Positions 1 through 10,041 of a DNA stretch of 64,000 nucleotides are shown piece after piece. The stretch spans positions 65,964 to 129,963 of the forward strand of contig JBHLNZ010000002.1 in assembly GCA_048941015.1 (NCBI GenBank). The letters are read 5' to 3'. Under the pieces are notes generated by a model. The model made no database searches. It was not told the origin of the DNA and saw only the letters and a list, made by a program, of their open reading frames with translations. This DNA comes from Promethearchaeota archaeon. Its GTDB lineage: Archaea > Asgardarchaeota > Lokiarchaeia > Sigyniarchaeales > SOKP01. Every line of letters starts with the position of its first letter. Within the stretch, counting starts at the first letter, position 1. The translations under genes were made by a program, and so were the position numbers.

Positions 1-266
1 AAAAGAAGTGAACCATATCCTAGTTTTTGAAATTTCTTTTGAATAACAAAATTAATTATATTTACTCTGTCTTCATCATCTTTTATAGCAATGACGAAAC
101 CAATGATCTTTTTACTTAAGTTATTGTCTTCGATTTTTAAAAATAAAGTATTTTGTAAGATTAGTTTTTTTATTGTTTCTCTTGAAAATGCATCTTCTCT
201 AAACATTTTTTTTTCTATTTTGATAAGTTGTTCTAAATCATTCAATTCAACACGTTCAATCATCAT
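1..266 (-). CDS. GNAT/RimI-like N-acetyltransferase (3' end runs off the window)
   Basis: Manual translation from ATG 266: MMIERVELNDLEQLIKIEKKMFREDAFS...IIGFVI...KKFQKLGYGSLL; QxxGYG acetyl-CoA motif; overlaps the stop of the radical SAM gene; not in the ORF track. Confidence 0.8.
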   Translation of the reverse strand, partial: MMIERVELNDLEQLIKIEKKMFREDAFSRETIKKLILQNTLFLKIEDNNLSKKIIGFVIAIKDDEDRVNIINFVIQKKFQKLGYGSLL

Positions 267-1407
267 TAGAATCAATCTCTGCTTTGAAAATCTTAATTGG
301 GGTTTTTTCAGTGATTTGACAGTAATCTGCTTCTCTAAAAGGAGTAATCTCCATAATATATCCTTCCAATTTTTTTGAATCTATTAATTCTATAAAATTT
401 TTATCAATAGCGACACTTATCGGCAATTTTATGGCTTGATTACTAAATAATAAATACTTTTTAGGAATTTTAAACTTTTTTAAAAGAAAATTACGTAATT
501 CTATTAGTTTATTAATATTTCCTTCAATTTGAGCATACATTAAAAGCCCTTCTTTATTTATAACTTCGTAAGGTTCTTTAATTTTTTTAGCTCGACGGCT
601 ATATCTTTCCTTTAATTGCCAATAATCTTTAGCAATTATGGGACAAAAATGTATTTTTATGGAAACTTTATGGGCAATTCGTTCTATAAACTCAAGAGCC
701 ATTTCTTTACTATTTTCAACTGAAGCGATAGTTCCATCTTTTAGTTTAAAACCCTTCTCTTTCAGGTACCTACTATTGGGAAAACAATACTCAAATTCAT
801 TGAGATTAATAAAATCTGCTCCTATCTTATCCAAATAAAATGTGAATTCTTCTAATTCATTAGCATATTTTCTTAAAGGAATCATAGGAACTTCTGCTCC
901 AACTGACATTTTTTTCTTCAATGCATACTTAATAACGCCCCAATTTTCTTTTGAAGGGTTGAATCTAATTTCATCTAGGCCAGCTTGACTAAGCTCATTT
1001 GCGATTGCTTCACTAAATCCTAATCCATTTGTATAAAGATGAATATGAAACTTCTTTCCTTTTTCAGTTTTTAAAAATTTTATATATTTAAGCGTTTTTT
1101 CTAAATTTGGTTTAAACAAAGGATCGCCACCCGTAACACTAACTCCTTTTGCACCAGTTTTGTCAATTTCATCCAATAATTGCTCAATTTGAGTGATTTT
1201 TATTTCATTTATGAAAGTAGAATTTTTACCTTTTCTCTCTTCAGATATTGGGCAATACCACCAACAATGCTCCGGATCCTGACATAAACCATTTAAAAAT
1301 AATACTGCTTTTTCTCCATTAAGACACTGTTGGCATCCTTTGGGGATCCCTCTCCTTTTTAAATAATATGTTTGGGCTTTCGATTTAATTATAATGGATT
1401 TAGTCAT
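256..1407 (-). CDS. Archaeal radical SAM protein (PFL-activase-related family) with atypical cluster motif
   Basis: GCQQC..GEK..LF..GLC, VTGGDP, HIHLYTNG, GLDEIRF and FINLNEFE motifs. Confidence 0.85.
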   Translation of the reverse strand: MTKSIIIKSKAQTYYLKRRGIPKGCQQCLNGEKAVLFLNGLCQDPEHCWWYCPISEERKGKNSTFINEIKITQIEQLLDEIDKTGAKGVSVTGGDPLFKPNLEKTLKYIKFLKTEKGKKFHIHLYTNGLGFSEAIANELSQAGLDEIRFNPSKENWGVIKYALKKKMSVGAEVPMIPLRKYANELEEFTFYLDKIGADFINLNEFEYCFPNSRYLKEKGFKLKDGTIASVENSKEMALEFIERIAHKVSIKIHFCPIIAKDYWQLKERYSRRAKKIKEPYEVINKEGLLMYAQIEGNINKLIELRNFLLKKFKIPKKYLLFSNQAIKLPISVAIDKNFIELIDSKKLEGYIMEITPFREADYCQITEKTPIKIFKAEIDSNDD

Positions 1408-2111
1408 CTTAAATATAGCTTTTTCCTTATAATTGATTTTTTATCTGCTAATTTTTTTAAAACTTCTTCGGTTGATTCATTAATGCTAAGCTGACGTTTT
1501 AAAAAAACTCCTGTTTTACCATGCTTTTCTCTTCTAAGTAGGACTTTCTTCCGATCTAAAATAGTCTCAATGCTTACATTTATTTCTTTAGCAACTAAAT
1601 GTTCATTACCTATAACTGAATATTCATCATATCCTTTTGGATTTGGTTTAATAAGTACTAACCTCTTATCTATACCTGGGATTCTATCATTACTTTTTAA
1701 ACCCTTAATATCTAATTTTCCTCCAAAATCATAAAATTCCATCGATTTTTTATCAAATCTAGAAAGTGGGAGAGTTATACTTTCTAATTCGCTTAAATAT
1801 ATGTATAATTTAACTGAATCATTGGGAGTTGCCATAACTATTTCTCTATGGTAATTAGAAAAACCATTTTTTTGTAATATATATTCGATTTGATAAGAAG
1901 GAATTAATTGAGGGATAATAATATCTATATCACTATCTTGATGAACATCCCCACGAGCAATGCTTCCAAAAATAAATGCCTTAATCCCTTCGTTTTCAAA
2001 TAAGTTTAATAAGCGAAGAGAAGCTTTACGTTTTTGATTTAGTAAATTCCAATCCGATTTTGTAAAAAAAACAGTATTATTATAATTTTTTAAAATTTTT
2101 CCTCTTAGCAT
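1404..2111 (-). CDS. Archaeal nucleotidyltransferase (Pol beta superfamily)
   Basis: FGSIARGDVHQDSDIDI signature; EFYDFGG and R..VL.RR...G.TGVF conserved archaeal blocks. Confidence 0.85.
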   Translation of the reverse strand: MLRGKILKNYNNTVFFTKSDWNLLNQKRKASLRLLNLFENEGIKAFIFGSIARGDVHQDSDIDIIIPQLIPSYQIEYILQKNGFSNYHREIVMATPNDSVKLYIYLSELESITLPLSRFDKKSMEFYDFGGKLDIKGLKSNDRIPGIDKRLVLIKPNPKGYDEYSVIGNEHLVAKEINVSIETILDRKKVLLRREKHGKTGVFLKRQLSINESTEEVLKKLADKKSIIRKKLYLR

Positions 2112-2119
2112 AATTTCAA

Positions 2120-2950
2120 TTATTTTTTCTGGAAATTATTATTCATTTTCTCTATAAGAAATATAATTTTACTTAAAAGAATAGTCTCATAATACTTAAA
2201 GGAGCCACTGGCTTCTATTATCATAAATTTAAATAAATCCTTATTATATGGAAAAATTTTAGTCTTAAAACTTTTAAGATTTAAATTTTTTAAAAAAAGA
2301 TTTGAACGAGCGCTAAATATGATTTTTAAATGCTTTTTTGAGAGGTTTAAATCCTTGAGAGCTAAGATATTCTTCACATTCGACTCATTGATTCGAGGAT
2401 TAATTAGAAATAGCCCAGTAGAATGAATATCACTTAAAAAAAAATTGAATGAAAGAAAGCATTTTCCATAATTAATTAAGACATATTTAGAATTCAAAAT
2501 TTTATTATTATTAGCAAAAATTTTCATAATCGTCGTGCCAAATTTTTCAATATTTTTTTTATTTTCTTCAATCAAAAATGTTTCATGAATTTTTTTTATA
2601 TATATATTAATAACGTTAAATCCGTAGCTTGAAAGTCCCTCAGTTAATATCTTAGTTATTTTTTTCTTTCTATTAGTTCTTATAATGATTATAGAAGGCC
2701 TTGCTAAAGCTTGTTCTTTAAATTTCGAATTTTCTATTAAATTTAAGTTTTTTATCTTAATTGTTGTCCTGTTATAATTAAATTGTAATATTATTTTATA
2801 GTTGCTTCTAATTAAAGATTCATTAGATAATGAATATCTCCATCTACTTAATCCTTTGAAAATTTTGACTCCTATTAAAAATAGAATTAAAAAAAAAATT
2901 AGAATTAAATCAATTAAAATCCAGTTTAAACGAAAGATGTTAAATGGCAT
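2120..2950 (-). CDS. Hypothetical protein with N-terminal TM anchor (possibly degenerate alpha/beta fold)
   Basis: 276-aa ORF in a minus-strand operon; hydrophobic N-terminus. Confidence 0.6.
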   Translation of the reverse strand: MPFNIFRLNWILIDLILIFFLILFLIGVKIFKGLSRWRYSLSNESLIRSNYKIILQFNYNRTTIKIKNLNLIENSKFKEQALARPSIIIIRTNRKKKITKILTEGLSSYGFNVINIYIKKIHETFLIEENKKNIEKFGTTIMKIFANNNKILNSKYVLINYGKCFLSFNFFLSDIHSTGLFLINPRINESNVKNILALKDLNLSKKHLKIIFSARSNLFLKNLNLKSFKTKIFPYNKDLFKFMIIEASGSFKYYETILLSKIIFLIEKMNNNFQKK

Positions 2951-2964
2951 TTCTTATTTATTAA

Positions 2965-3285
2965 TTATACTTGGTTAACAATAGATTGAATCCAATTTAG
3001 ATATCTCTCAGAACCTTTTTCAATTTTAAATCCTATGCATTCTGGGTTCTCGTAACTGTGTATCTCATTGATTTTCTCAATAAGAATTTCGCTTTTTTTT
3101 CCTGTACTTTTAATTATTAGTAAGTGTTCATTATCTTGTTCAATGCATCCTTTCCAATGATATATAGAAAAAATATTTTGAATGATGTTTACACAAGCAG
3201 CGAGATGATTTTCTATAAGAACTTTTGCGATCCTTTTTCCTTCTTCAATATTTGGAACTGTGACAAAGAAAATATAATAGTTCAT
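2965..3285 (-). CDS. cutA: Divalent-cation tolerance protein CutA
   Basis: LAACVNI, SIYHWKG, IHSYENPE motifs. Confidence 0.95.
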   Translation of the reverse strand: MNYYIFFVTVPNIEEGKRIAKVLIENHLAACVNIIQNIFSIYHWKGCIEQDNEHLLIIKSTGKKSEILIEKINEIHSYENPECIGFKIEKGSERYLNWIQSIVNQV

Positions 3286-3512
3286 AACTATCCTTATTTT
3301 ATTTTGCAGATATTAAACTATTATTTGATTACAAATCATATGAGATTTACGGTTTTTTACTTTATAAAAAAATAATCATTTAAAAGGCCTAAATAATTAA
3401 TGAAGAAAAGTCTACTATTTTTCTTATAAAGAAATTTAAATTATTATAATTTTATTAAATATGCAATTAAGAAGAGAAAATAAAAAATCTAATAAAGGAG
3501 TTTGAAAAGACT

Positions 3513-4238
3513 TTGATTCATGCATTTTATCTTATTGACCAGCACACGGGTATTTGCTTAATCCATAGGAAGTATGGAACAATTGAATTTAATCAAGATT
3601 TAGTATCAGGATTCCTAACAGCTCTTAAGGATTTTAGTATTGAATTTTCAAAAGGAAGTGGAGAATTGAAAATAATCGATATGCAAGTATTCTATTTACT
3701 ATTAGTTTTTAAAGAGGGAATTCTTTGTACTGCTGCTGCTGATAAAAATGATGACGCAAAAATTACCCATAAAGCACTGAGCGATATAATTGATAAATTT
3801 GTAAGAGATTTTGGTGATAAAATTGAAACATGGGGCGGAGATGTTAGAATATTTAAGGGTTTTGAAGGTATTGTTGATGAGATCTTACACAGCGGAAAGA
3901 TTGCTGAAATGCAGTTAAAAATCCCTATTTTAAAAATTTTTGAAAAAGATTTCCTTAAGTCTCGAAAACTGTTGGCTAAAAAAGGTCTAATACTTTCTGA
4001 AGAAGACTTACGTAAAGTACAGCATCAAAAACCTAATTGGACATTTAAGAGACTTCCAACGCAGGTAATAACTCAAGGTTTTTTAGATAATGAAATGTAT
4101 AAGATAGCTCATCTAGCAGATGGTTTTCATACTATTTCCGATATTGCAGAGGAATCTGGTAAACCAGAGTCTGAGATTCAAGTTATGATAGATGATTTGG
4201 ACGATTTAGGTTTATTAAAGTTTATTGAAATTAAATAA
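3513..4238 (+). CDS. Longin-like domain protein with C-terminal winged helix
   Basis: TG.CL..R.YG...QDLVSGFLTAL..F..E N-terminal pattern typical of Asgard longin-like domains; DG..TISDIAEESG...L..LGLL wHTH tail; TTG start. Confidence 0.65.
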   Translation: MIHAFYLIDQHTGICLIHRKYGTIEFNQDLVSGFLTALKDFSIEFSKGSGELKIIDMQVFYLLLVFKEGILCTAAADKNDDAKITHKALSDIIDKFVRDFGDKIETWGGDVRIFKGFEGIVDEILHSGKIAEMQLKIPILKIFEKDFLKSRKLLAKKGLILSEEDLRKVQHQKPNWTFKRLPTQVITQGFLDNEMYKIAHLADGFHTISDIAEESGKPESEIQVMIDDLDDLGLLKFIEIK

Positions 4239-4380
4239 TTTAAATTCTTCATATTCTATTTTTAACGGCTATGCTTATTCATTATTAATGAAAAGTAAAG
4301 CTAATTTGTGAATAATTATATCGGTTTCTATTTAATTAAATGATAAAATTTATGAAAATTATATTATTAAATACTTTAGG

Positions 4381-5853
4381 ATGAATATTAATAAAATTGA
4401 TAGTAATGTATACGAGATTTCGCCAACTACTATAATGTCTCGAGTAGGAGGTACAATAGAGAAATTTCAAATGAAAGTTCCAGTTCACATTTATGCTAAT
4501 GAGTACATTTTAGAAAAAATTAAAAAAGATAGAACTCTTGAACAAATTAGTAATGTTGCATGTTTGCCAGGAGTTAAAAAACATGCTATTGCATTATCTG
4601 ATGCTCATCAAGGATATGGTTTTTGTATTGGAGGTGTGGCAGGTACAGACGCGGAGGATGGAATGATCTCTCCTGGGGGAGTTGGTTATGATATAAACTG
4701 TGGTGTAAGACTTTTAAGAACAAATTTAATGCTAAATGATGTGAATGCGACACTTTCAAATCTATTGAATTCAATATTTAAAAATATCCCTTCTGGTTTA
4801 GGTTCAAAAGGTAAATTAAATATAAGTTATTCAGATCTTGACAAAGTTTTAAATAGTGGAATGAATTGGGCTCTTGAGAATGATTATGCTGTTGAAGAAG
4901 ATCTCCAACATTGTGAAGAAAGAGGATGTTTAAAAGAAGCTAATGCAGACTTAATCTCTATTAAGGCAAAACAGAGAGCTATTAAACAATTGGGTTCTTT
5001 AGGGAGTGGAAATCATTTTCTTGAGATTCAAAGAGTCGATGAGATATATAATGAATTTATAGCCAAAAAGCTTGGAATTTTTGAAAAAGATCAAGTTACA
5101 GTAATGGTCCATACTGGATCAAGAGCCCTTGGGCATCAAGTTTGTACTGATTCTTTACGAAGTATAGAACAAGCGATGAAGAAGTATAATATTAAAGTTC
5201 CAGATCGTGAGTTAGCTTCTGTTCCAGCTAATACAAAAGAAGCTCAAAATTATCTAAGTCAAATGGCATGTGCAGCAAATTTTGGGTTTACTAATCGTCA
5301 ATTAATAACTCATTGGTTAAGGGAATCTTTTCAGAACCATTTTAAGAAGAGTTTTGAAGATTTAGATCTGCATTTAATTTATGGAGTATGCCATAATATT
5401 CTTAAAATAGAGGAACATGAAATTAACGGCAAAAAGATGAAATTAAATGTACATCGCAAAGGAGCAACAAGAGCTTTCCCTCCCGATCATCCTGTTCTTA
5501 CTCAAGATTATAAAAGTATCGGACAACCTGTTTTAATTCCTGGTACTATGGGTTCAGCATCATATTTATGTGTTGGTAAGCTCAAAGCTATGGATTTATC
5601 ATTTGGATCTACAGCCCATGGATCTGGGCGTGTGATGTCAAGATCTAAAGCAACTAAACGTTATTGGGGCGCAAAAGTAAAGGAAGAATTGGGGAGCAGG
5701 GGAATACTAGTTAAAGCAGCATCTATGAAAGTAATAGCTGAAGAGGCTCCTGGAGCTTATAAGGATATTGATCAGGTAGTTCAGGTAAGTCATGACCTTG
5801 ATATAATTGAAAAGGTTGTAAGACTTGTTCCCGTTGGAGTCGTAAAAGGTTAA
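4381..5853 (+). CDS. rtcB: tRNA-splicing ligase RtcB
   Basis: DAHQGYGF, GYDINCGVR, LGSGNHFLE, HNI, HRKGAT, HGSGR, EEAPGAYK. Confidence 0.97.
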   Translation: MNINKIDSNVYEISPTTIMSRVGGTIEKFQMKVPVHIYANEYILEKIKKDRTLEQISNVACLPGVKKHAIALSDAHQGYGFCIGGVAGTDAEDGMISPGGVGYDINCGVRLLRTNLMLNDVNATLSNLLNSIFKNIPSGLGSKGKLNISYSDLDKVLNSGMNWALENDYAVEEDLQHCEERGCLKEANADLISIKAKQRAIKQLGSLGSGNHFLEIQRVDEIYNEFIAKKLGIFEKDQVTVMVHTGSRALGHQVCTDSLRSIEQAMKKYNIKVPDRELASVPANTKEAQNYLSQMACAANFGFTNRQLITHWLRESFQNHFKKSFEDLDLHLIYGVCHNILKIEEHEINGKKMKLNVHRKGATRAFPPDHPVLTQDYKSIGQPVLIPGTMGSASYLCVGKLKAMDLSFGSTAHGSGRVMSRSKATKRYWGAKVKEELGSRGILVKAASMKVIAEEAPGAYKDIDQVVQVSHDLDIIEKVVRLVPVGVVKG

Positions 5854-5866
5854 AGTCTTCTCATTT

Positions 5867-6304
5867 TTATATATCAAAAACGACATTTATTTCAATCTCC
5901 TTCTTTTTTTCTTCTATTGACATGTAAGAATAAGTAATAGCTTTCACTTCAGTTCCAATCTCATGTTTCTGTTTATCAAATTTTTCTCCTTTCATAATTG
6001 CTTCTAATTCATATTTTTCGTTTAAGCGTTTGATTTTTAAAACATTTATATAGCAAAAAATAAGTTCTTCAACATCAAATATAAAAAGAAATTCAGAGAG
6101 AAAATCAAATAAAAGAGCTTCTTTATCCTCAGCTTTAATTCTTATCCGTTTTTCAATCGAGGGGGTAATATTTTCTAATTTTGGCGATATTGTAGCCATT
6201 AAACTATATGCGGTCTGAGAAAAAGCTTCTTCAAGGGTAGATCCCCAACTTTTAACTTGAACGTCTGCAGTATGCTCTTTAAATTCATAACCTGCGTTTT
6301 TCAT
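5867..6304 (-). CDS. Archease (RtcB activator)
   Basis: EHTADV N-terminus, EVKAITY, C-terminal VVFDI. Confidence 0.95.
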   Translation of the reverse strand: MKNAGYEFKEHTADVQVKSWGSTLEEAFSQTAYSLMATISPKLENITPSIEKRIRIKAEDKEALLFDFLSEFLFIFDVEELIFCYINVLKIKRLNEKYELEAIMKGEKFDKQKHEIGTEVKAITYSYMSIEEKKKEIEINVVFDI

Positions 6305-6419
6305 AATGAATTCTCCCTTTTTAATTTAAAGGAAGGTTATCGTGATAGAATAATTTTATTCATTATTAAAATCATTTTTTTAGGAGTTTATAACTTTTAA
6401 GAAAAACCATATATTACTT

Positions 6420-6926
6420 ATGTTAAGTACAATATGTGATGATATTATTTATTATCAACAAATAAAGTTTCGAAGATTTTATTCAAACCAGGAAATTAAA
6501 TATTATCAATATTTTATTGAAAAAACGGAAGTTAAACCAAAAATAGTGATTCTTATAGATAATTTTGTTTACTTTTTTGTTGATAATAAGAAGTATTTTA
6601 AAGCAAAAGCAAAAATCAATGGAATTCGACACCAACTAGCATCTAAAAAGGTATTAATAATAAGGGCTGAAAATACTTTAATTAGATTATTATTTAGTCT
6701 TTTCCAAGATCTTTATATTCATGATTTAAAGATAGAAATGAACATCTATACCAGTAAAAAAGTAATAACTGTTTTCTTTTTAAGCTATAAGGATCGAGGT
6801 ATTGCAGTTGGGAGAAATGGAGACTATATAAAATCGGTGAATAAGTTATTTGAAGAATTTGTAATTTTTGAATATAATCGAATTCCAATCAAAATAAGAT
6901 GTGAGGTAATTAAATTATATAATTAA
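6420..6926 (+). CDS. Archaeal NusA-like KH-domain protein
   Basis: KDRGIAVGRNGDYIK KH GxxG loop; the first KH looks degenerate. Confidence 0.7.
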   Translation: MLSTICDDIIYYQQIKFRRFYSNQEIKYYQYFIEKTEVKPKIVILIDNFVYFFVDNKKYFKAKAKINGIRHQLASKKVLIIRAENTLIRLLFSLFQDLYIHDLKIEMNIYTSKKVITVFFLSYKDRGIAVGRNGDYIKSVNKLFEEFVIFEYNRIPIKIRCEVIKLYN

Positions 6927-7700
6927 TTACCAAGGAACTTCTTTTAATCCAGCAAAATATGCTACAGTATTAGCGAAAACCGATACTGCGGGAGTTAGAA
7001 TTAATAGAAAGATAATTATTTGAACATCAGGAGCAAAATAAATATTTGGAATAAATAAAGCAGGAATAGAAGCAAATATTATTGATACAATTACAAAATC
7101 TAATTGATCAATTATCCAGAAAGGTTCTCCACTAGCGATATTAAATCTTCGCTTAAGGAAAGAGCCTAGGAGGTCCCCAAATGCGGCACCATAAGAACTC
7201 AAAATAATCCTTAATATTAGAGAAATTAATCCAATTGGAAATGGTCCTCCAATGAAATAAAACTCATAGTAAGAAAGTTTAGAATATAACTTATATATTC
7301 CCATTTGAGCACCTGTTAATGGGATTTCTTGAATTGCTGGCCATAATACAATAAACAGTATAAATATAATAAAAGATATCGGAATTCCAATGTATAATGG
7401 TCCTTTTAATAAGCCTTTCCATGTTTTATGGTCTCCAAGAATTCTTCTTCCATCTCGCCAGAGTTTTCCACCATCTATAGGATTCCCCCCACCTACAATA
7501 ACCATTCCTGCGTTTGATAAATATCCTGGAACTATAAATAGTAAACTAAAAATTAATAACGCAATCCAATCAGCCCAACTATAAATTAAGGAAATAGTAA
7601 TAAAATTTAAGAAGAGTAAAGTTATAAAGGTAATAGTTAAGATCTTCGCTATTTTAGTATTTCTTCGTTTAAATTTTTCATCAGTTTTATTAGAATCCAT
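6927..7700 (-). CDS. carS: CDP-archaeol synthase
   Basis: PIDGGK..DGRRILGDHKTWKG, GDLLGSFLKRR, IDQLDF, C-terminal GLKEVPW. Confidence 0.93.
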   Translation of the reverse strand: MDSNKTDEKFKRRNTKIAKILTITFITLLFLNFITISLIYSWADWIALLIFSLLFIVPGYLSNAGMVIVGGGNPIDGGKLWRDGRRILGDHKTWKGLLKGPLYIGIPISFIIFILFIVLWPAIQEIPLTGAQMGIYKLYSKLSYYEFYFIGGPFPIGLISLILRIILSSYGAAFGDLLGSFLKRRFNIASGEPFWIIDQLDFVIVSIIFASIPALFIPNIYFAPDVQIIIFLLILTPAVSVFANTVAYFAGLKEVPW

Positions 7701-7932
7701 TTTAAAATGACATTTTTATGGAAAAAATTAGTTTAACAAAATTTTTTATTAAAATTAAATTTTCTTGATTTAAAAGAACATAATAAAGCCTTAATAATAT
7801 TGCTTGAGAAATAAATATCTTTTAAAAATCCGACAATAATATAATAATATATTAATTAGATCTAAAAAATATGGTGTTGGTAAGGGAATATTAAACCTTT
7901 AACACTAAGCATTGCAATAATTTCTAGATTAA

Positions 7933-7989
7933 TAAGAAACTTTAAATATGTCAATTGCATTGGAAATATTAACTTTTCGTGTGGAAATA
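7933..7989 (+). promoter_or_regulatory. cdc6 promoter (BRE/TATA) followed by two mini-ORB-like boxes
   Basis: Purine run plus TTTAAATA at 7941-7948; TTGCATTGGAAATA (7955-7968) and TTCGTGTGGAAATA (7976-7989) resemble the TTCCAGTGGAAA ORB core. Confidence 0.45.
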
Positions 7990-8008
7990 AAATTCAAGGT
8001 GCTAGTAT

Positions 8009-9328
8009 GTGTTGACCAATCCTAATAATGATAAATATTCTTTTAATATTGATCGGTTTTATAGAGATTATTTGAAAGGTCCTAAAATATTTAAGAAACG
8101 TGAAGCACTTGATCCTTCGTTTATTCCTGATGAACTACCCCATAGAGACCAAGAAATAGGAAAAATTGCAGGGATCACTGCTTGTGCTTTAAAGGGAGAT
8201 GTCCCTCCGAATTTTATGTGTTATGGGATGACAGGTACAGGAAAAACTGCAACAATTCGTTATGTTAGTCAAAAATTAGCCACACACTGTATGAGTGATC
8301 CTCCATGGTGGATTTATATAAATTGTAATGTTGTTTCAACTCCTTATAGAATTTTAGCTCATATTTACAATACTATAGCTGGTAAAGAAAAAATACCTCC
8401 TACTGGTTTACCAAAAGACATTATTTTCAAGAAATTATTGGGTTTACTTGATATTTATATTAATAATGGTGTCTGTTTTTTAGTTTTAGATGAAATTGAT
8501 ATCCTTATTGAGAAAAAAGGGGGAAATGAGATCTTATATGATTTAACCCGATTAAATGAGAACTTAGATTCATGTAGAACAAGTTTGATAGGAATATCTA
8601 ATAAATTGAAATTTATGGAATTTTTAGATTCTCGAGTAACTTCAAGTTTAGGAGATGAGGAACCTATAGTCTTTCATCCTTATAATGCTAAAGAATTAGC
8701 AGATATTTTAGAACAAAGAGCAAAGTTAGCATTTCAAGATAATGTCGTAGAAGAAGGCGTTATTAATTTATGTGCCGGATTAGCCGCTAAAGAACACGGA
8801 GATGCAAGAAAAGCTCTTCAATTATTGAGAAAAGCTGGTGAGATTGCAGAAAGAAATCAACATAAATTCTTAACTGAGTCTGATGTAGAAAAAGCACAAA
8901 GAGATATAGATAAGGATCATATTGTAGAATATATTTTATCAATGCCATTGCAAGCACAGTTAACATTAACAGCCATAGTATTGATATCAAAATATGAGAA
9001 AGAACATATTATTACTTCTGGAGATGTTTACGAGGTTCATAGTGAACTTGTAAGTAAAATCCCTGGAGTAAAGCAACTGACTCAAAGAAGGATAAGTGAC
9101 TATATTAATGAATTGTCTTTAGCAGGAATAATTAGCGCAGAAACAAGATCTATGGGTCATTATGGAAGAACAAAATTAATTAAACTTGATATTGAAAATG
9201 ATTTAGTATTACGAGTATTAGCTCAAATAGAAAAAATATCTATGAGTGGAATCCTAAATTACAAACCAATCATTTTACAAACTGATAAGGTGAAAGTAAA
9301 AAACAATGTTTTTAAAAAATTACTTTAA
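8009..9328 (+). CDS. cdc6: Orc1/Cdc6 replication initiator
   Basis: PDELPHRD, Walker A GMTGTGKT, Walker B LVLDEID, HGDARKA, C-terminal wH with GHYGRT. Confidence 0.96.
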   Translation: MLTNPNNDKYSFNIDRFYRDYLKGPKIFKKREALDPSFIPDELPHRDQEIGKIAGITACALKGDVPPNFMCYGMTGTGKTATIRYVSQKLATHCMSDPPWWIYINCNVVSTPYRILAHIYNTIAGKEKIPPTGLPKDIIFKKLLGLLDIYINNGVCFLVLDEIDILIEKKGGNEILYDLTRLNENLDSCRTSLIGISNKLKFMEFLDSRVTSSLGDEEPIVFHPYNAKELADILEQRAKLAFQDNVVEEGVINLCAGLAAKEHGDARKALQLLRKAGEIAERNQHKFLTESDVEKAQRDIDKDHIVEYILSMPLQAQLTLTAIVLISKYEKEHIITSGDVYEVHSELVSKIPGVKQLTQRRISDYINELSLAGIISAETRSMGHYGRTKLIKLDIENDLVLRVLAQIEKISMSGILNYKPIILQTDKVKVKNNVFKKLL

Positions 9329-10008
9329 CTTAAAAATTCCCATTGTTCAATATTTTCAGTTATAGCTTCAAGAAATCTTTTAGCGGCATTTTCATCTTTC
9401 TCTTTTAAAAATAAGAATAGTTTTGCTAAATGTTTACAAAATTTTTTATTGTCTAATCTTTTAGTTACAAAGTCTTGACAATCATGCTTTAGTGATCTCT
9501 TTTTTATATCTATTTCAATTATATAGGGATTTTTTCTTGAACCGATAATGTGAGCATTAATTTTCCCTTTATTTAAATCAAATAATGACAAATTTATTGA
9601 ATCATCAGATACATTTACAGCTCTGTTCAAGGTCCCTTTGTCTAAAAAAGCTTTTAATAAAATGTTATAAGTTGAGGTTTTGTCTTTCTGGAATCTAGCA
9701 TGGATTTTCTCTGCATTTTTACTTGATTCAATTTTATTTAAAATTTCATCTTTCCTTTTTCTTTGCCAATTTTTTAGTATTTTTTCTAATTCAGGAGCAA
9801 TTGTTAGTATATTATCATCACTTTCAATTATTAAGTTATTATCTTGGGCCTCTTTGATATACTTATGAGCCTCGTCAGGAGTGAAAAGCGATAAATCGAA
9901 TGTAAGTTTATATAACAGTTCCTTTTTTGAAATTTGAGAATATTCTATTATTTTCCAAACATAAAGTGTCATTTCTTTAAGATTTTTACGAGGGACAGAT
10001 ATCTTCAT
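9325..10008 (-). CDS. DUF2240-like N-terminal domain plus SWIM-type zinc finger
   Basis: ELLYKLTFDLSLFTPDEA resembles DUF2240; IIGS...Y.I.I...HDCQDF...FCKHL SWIM-like. Confidence 0.65.
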   Translation of the reverse strand: MKISVPRKNLKEMTLYVWKIIEYSQISKKELLYKLTFDLSLFTPDEAHKYIKEAQDNNLIIESDDNILTIAPELEKILKNWQRKRKDEILNKIESSKNAEKIHARFQKDKTSTYNILLKAFLDKGTLNRAVNVSDDSINLSLFDLNKGKINAHIIGSRKNPYIIEIDIKKRSLKHDCQDFVTKRLDNKKFCKHLAKLFLFLKEKDENAAKRFLEAITENIEQWEFLS

Positions 10009-10041
10009 TTCAAAAACATTTGAGCTTTTAAATTTTATTAA

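Noticed and set aside
91-838. Plus-strand ORFs 91-378 and 638-838
   Set aside because: Antisense shadows of the GNAT and radical SAM genes; no motifs
1404-2111. Nucleotidyltransferase as MNT-HEPN antitoxin or CBASS cyclase
   Set aside because: No HEPN or effector neighbour; it resembles a conserved housekeeping-context archaeal family
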